This document shows positions 61,846 to 64,000 of a DNA stretch of 64,000 bases, piece after piece (the first letter of the stretch is position 1; the number at the start of each line of letters is the position of its first letter). The position numbers and the translations under genes are program-made. Source of the DNA: a virus (lineage: Duplodnaviria; Heunggongvirae; Uroviricota; Caudoviricetes); the IMG/VR virus record IMGVR_UViG_2541047857_000014. One strand, written 5' to 3'. A model generated the notes under the pieces. The model saw only the letters and a program-made list of their open reading frames with translations. It was not told the DNA's origin and did no database searches.

Positions 61846-62598
61846 TTATCTCGTCACCTTTCTCAATTGTGTTTCAGCATATGCTTCTTCCTGCCAGCAC
61901 TTTGTTACTAGTTTATCAATTACGTCTGCATATCCTTTGTACCACTGATAATCAGTCAGGTCTGGAACCAGCTTCTGGACATGACGTCGTGCCAGTGTAG
62001 TCGGTAAACGGCTAAACCGGTTTCCATTGCAACGCCCACAAGTCTTATAAACAGGCGTGCCATGAAGCCGGGTTCTTTTTTCATCCAGGACAATACCTTT
62101 ACCCTTACACCCTCTGCACGCCGTGCTGACTTCTCCCTTGCCATGACAATGCTGACACAGTTCCTTCACCCACTCTTCTTTGATAACGGATTCCCCGCTT
62201 CTGGAATGTTTCACCACTTCGCGCAATACATTATGAAATCCAGTACCAGTACAATGCTCACAGCGAGCCTTACTTGCCGCAGACCTGGAATAATCAGCAA
62301 AGGCAAAATTCACAAGGTAAGGGATGATCTGTAACCGGGTTTCTTCACTCAATTTGTTCAATGTCGGGTTATCCAGTGCCATCGCGTAATTGAGCAGGCC
62401 TTCAATCGCAAACTGAGGATCCTGAACACCAACTTTTGCCAGGAATAAGGCAAACCCAAGCGGTGCTTTCGACTGCACCATCCCCTGCGCAGCCATTACA
62501 TCCGTAATTGTTAAACCACCCGAGCCTGTCGCCGATGCGTCATCGCTCAATTTTGGAGATTTTGGGGAGTAATATTTCGGTAAGGCTTCAAGGTTCAT
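61846..62598 (-). CDS. Q: late antiterminator Q (start at MNLEALPKYY)
   Basis: Cys-rich zinc-binding segments CEHCTGTG...CQHCHGKG...CRGCKGKG...CGRCNG. Confidence 0.7.
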   Translation of the reverse strand: MNLEALPKYYSPKSPKLSDDASATGSGGLTITDVMAAQGMVQSKAPLGFALFLAKVGVQDPQFAIEGLLNYAMALDNPTLNKLSEETRLQIIPYLVNFAFADYSRSAASKARCEHCTGTGFHNVLREVVKHSRSGESVIKEEWVKELCQHCHGKGEVSTACRGCKGKGIVLDEKRTRLHGTPVYKTCGRCNGNRFSRLPTTLARRHVQKLVPDLTDYQWYKGYADVIDKLVTKCWQEEAYAETQLRKVTR

Positions 62599-62611
62599 GC
62601 TCGTTCTCCAC

Positions 62612-63607
62612 TTACACCAGTACGCCAATTGCCAGCGCACGATCGATAAAACGAAATATCAGCTCCAGCTGGGAGCCATACATCTCTTCAAATGCCACGG
62701 TATCCGCATGCAGCTCGTCGTGATGCTTTCTGCACAAAGGCAACACAAAAAGGTCATGCGCTTTTGTACCCATTCCACCCTGTCCGTGGCCTATCAGGTG
62801 GTGGGGATCATCAGCGGGCTTTCCACAACATGCACACGACTGTGTCTTAACCCAGCGCGTGTACTTTTCATTAACCCAGCGGCGACGTTTTGGGCGTAAC
62901 ATAAAAGACTCCGGCGACTCCGGATCCACTTTCAGCGCCAGCACCTTTTTCGCTTTATCCTGGATGATGCTGGTGGCAGGAACCGAAGGCACAAGGTCAC
63001 TTTCCCGGGTGACAGACGGCACAACAGGCTTCGGTAATCTCAGTGCCTTACGGGCTGCACTTTCCGGTAAGGCATCCGCCAGATCATTACGAACCAGCCA
63101 CCAGCACAGTTCCGGCATTGTCACAACGTGACTGTCATCAAAACCGAGATCCCGACGCACAACAGACAACACCCAGCGGGCACAGTTATCCGTTGCCATT
63201 GATTCCAGCCGTTCCGTGAACTGATCGCGAAGCAGGTTATCGCAGTGCCAGCACAGACGGATTGCGCCCGGCGCGTGTCGCATTGTGGTCATGTTCTCGC
63301 TGTGCCATCCGGAATGAGGCCACTGACAGCCCTTTTCACGAAGTAACCAGCTTTCAAGACATTCCACACCCCCCGCACGACGAATAACTGCCTCATTGCG
63401 GAACACGGCCCGAATGGCAGGATCATCCGCCAGCGGTTGTGATGCCGCCGGAACGGCACCACTGGCAAAAGATGAATAACGTTCCGGCTCAGGCTCCAGC
63501 AGGACACGCCCCTGCATAAACAGGGGCATCAGCTCTGAACCGGGCCTGAACAATACGATCCCCATACGCGGGGCAATTTCAGGGGTCAGTAGTGCTCTCA
63601 CGGTCAC
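62612..63607 (-). CDS. DUF968-like lambdoid protein (nin-region)
   Basis: 331-aa ORF with C-terminal CACCGKPADDPHHL...CRKHH motif. Confidence 0.55.
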   Translation of the reverse strand: MTVRALLTPEIAPRMGIVLFRPGSELMPLFMQGRVLLEPEPERYSSFASGAVPAASQPLADDPAIRAVFRNEAVIRRAGGVECLESWLLREKGCQWPHSGWHSENMTTMRHAPGAIRLCWHCDNLLRDQFTERLESMATDNCARWVLSVVRRDLGFDDSHVVTMPELCWWLVRNDLADALPESAARKALRLPKPVVPSVTRESDLVPSVPATSIIQDKAKKVLALKVDPESPESFMLRPKRRRWVNEKYTRWVKTQSCACCGKPADDPHHLIGHGQGGMGTKAHDLFVLPLCRKHHDELHADTVAFEEMYGSQLELIFRFIDRALAIGVLV

Positions 63608-63608
63608 C

Positions 63609-63989
63609 TCAATGAACGGTATCGAGCAGCTTTAACAGCTCAGGGAATCGGGATTCGAAGAAATGCGGCTGCGTCTCGCGCGGATTTGCAGGACTGGTGA
63701 TGTTCTTGCCGAACATGCAGCCTTTCGCCGTCAGCGACCAGAATTTTTTGATGTTGTTAATCGCTGTACGGCTGTATCGTTCGCGCTGTTCGACGATCCC
63801 CAGCTTCGCCATCTGGTGATATGCCTGATTAGCCGTAAGGCGGATACCATACTGTTTCAGCAGTGCACTCAGCGACAGTGTCGGGCGACTTGAGCCATCA
63901 GGCGCGTCAGCAGGAGCATCAATGGCATAGCGCGGTGCCAGATTCGGTAAGCCAACAGCCTCCTGAAGCTTCTGACAGGCTCCAAGCAC
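63609..63989 (-). CDS. hypothetical lambdoid early/nin-region protein
   Basis: 126-aa ORF. Confidence 0.45.
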   Translation of the reverse strand: MLGACQKLQEAVGLPNLAPRYAIDAPADAPDGSSRPTLSLSALLKQYGIRLTANQAYHQMAKLGIVEQRERYSRTAINNIKKFWSLTAKGCMFGKNITSPANPRETQPHFFESRFPELLKLLDTVH

Positions 63990-64000
63990 TGATGAGTTAG

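Larger units (their letters stand above)
39300..64000. mobile_element. lambdoid prophage with HK97-type head and Mu/SfV-like contractile tail (partial; continues beyond window end)
   Basis: Q antiterminator - tR' - holin/endolysin/Rz/Rz1 - HNH - TerS/TerL - portal/protease/capsid - sheath/tube/tape measure/baseplate - truncated tail fibre, all on minus strand. Confidence 0.8.

Overview
The window holds two adjacent prophages with a small defence islet between them. (1) Positions 1-33490 are a nearly complete 186/P2-family myovirus prophage, running from ogr through the tail, lysis and head genes, a cos-like site, the replication gene A, and a 186-type switch (CII, Apl, CI, Int), ending at a 45-nt copy of the tmRNA (ssrA) 3' end. 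Its late genes are gene-for-gene syntenic with P2, while the regulatory region is 186-like, including a LexA-box-controlled Tum/DinI-like module. Three visibly AT-rich cargo genes interrupt this backbone: a 566-aa gene between V and S, a 469-aa gene between portal Q and cos, and a 407-aa RES-domain gene between int and the att core. (2) Positions 33.5-39.2 kb carry a PD-(D/E)xK-like gene, a GIY-YIG nuclease-domain gene, a partial tRNA-Pro, a frameshifted dinI-like pseudogene with its own LexA box, and a GmrSD-like (DUF262/DUF1524) type IV restriction gene. (3) Positions 39.3-64 kb are the late half of a lambdoid prophage with an HK97-type head and Mu/SfV-like contractile tail; its tail-fibre region is degraded, and it carries AT-rich morons around the lysis cassette. 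No CRISPR array or intact tRNA/rRNA gene was seen. All family assignments are from reading the translations; no database search or GC computation was run.
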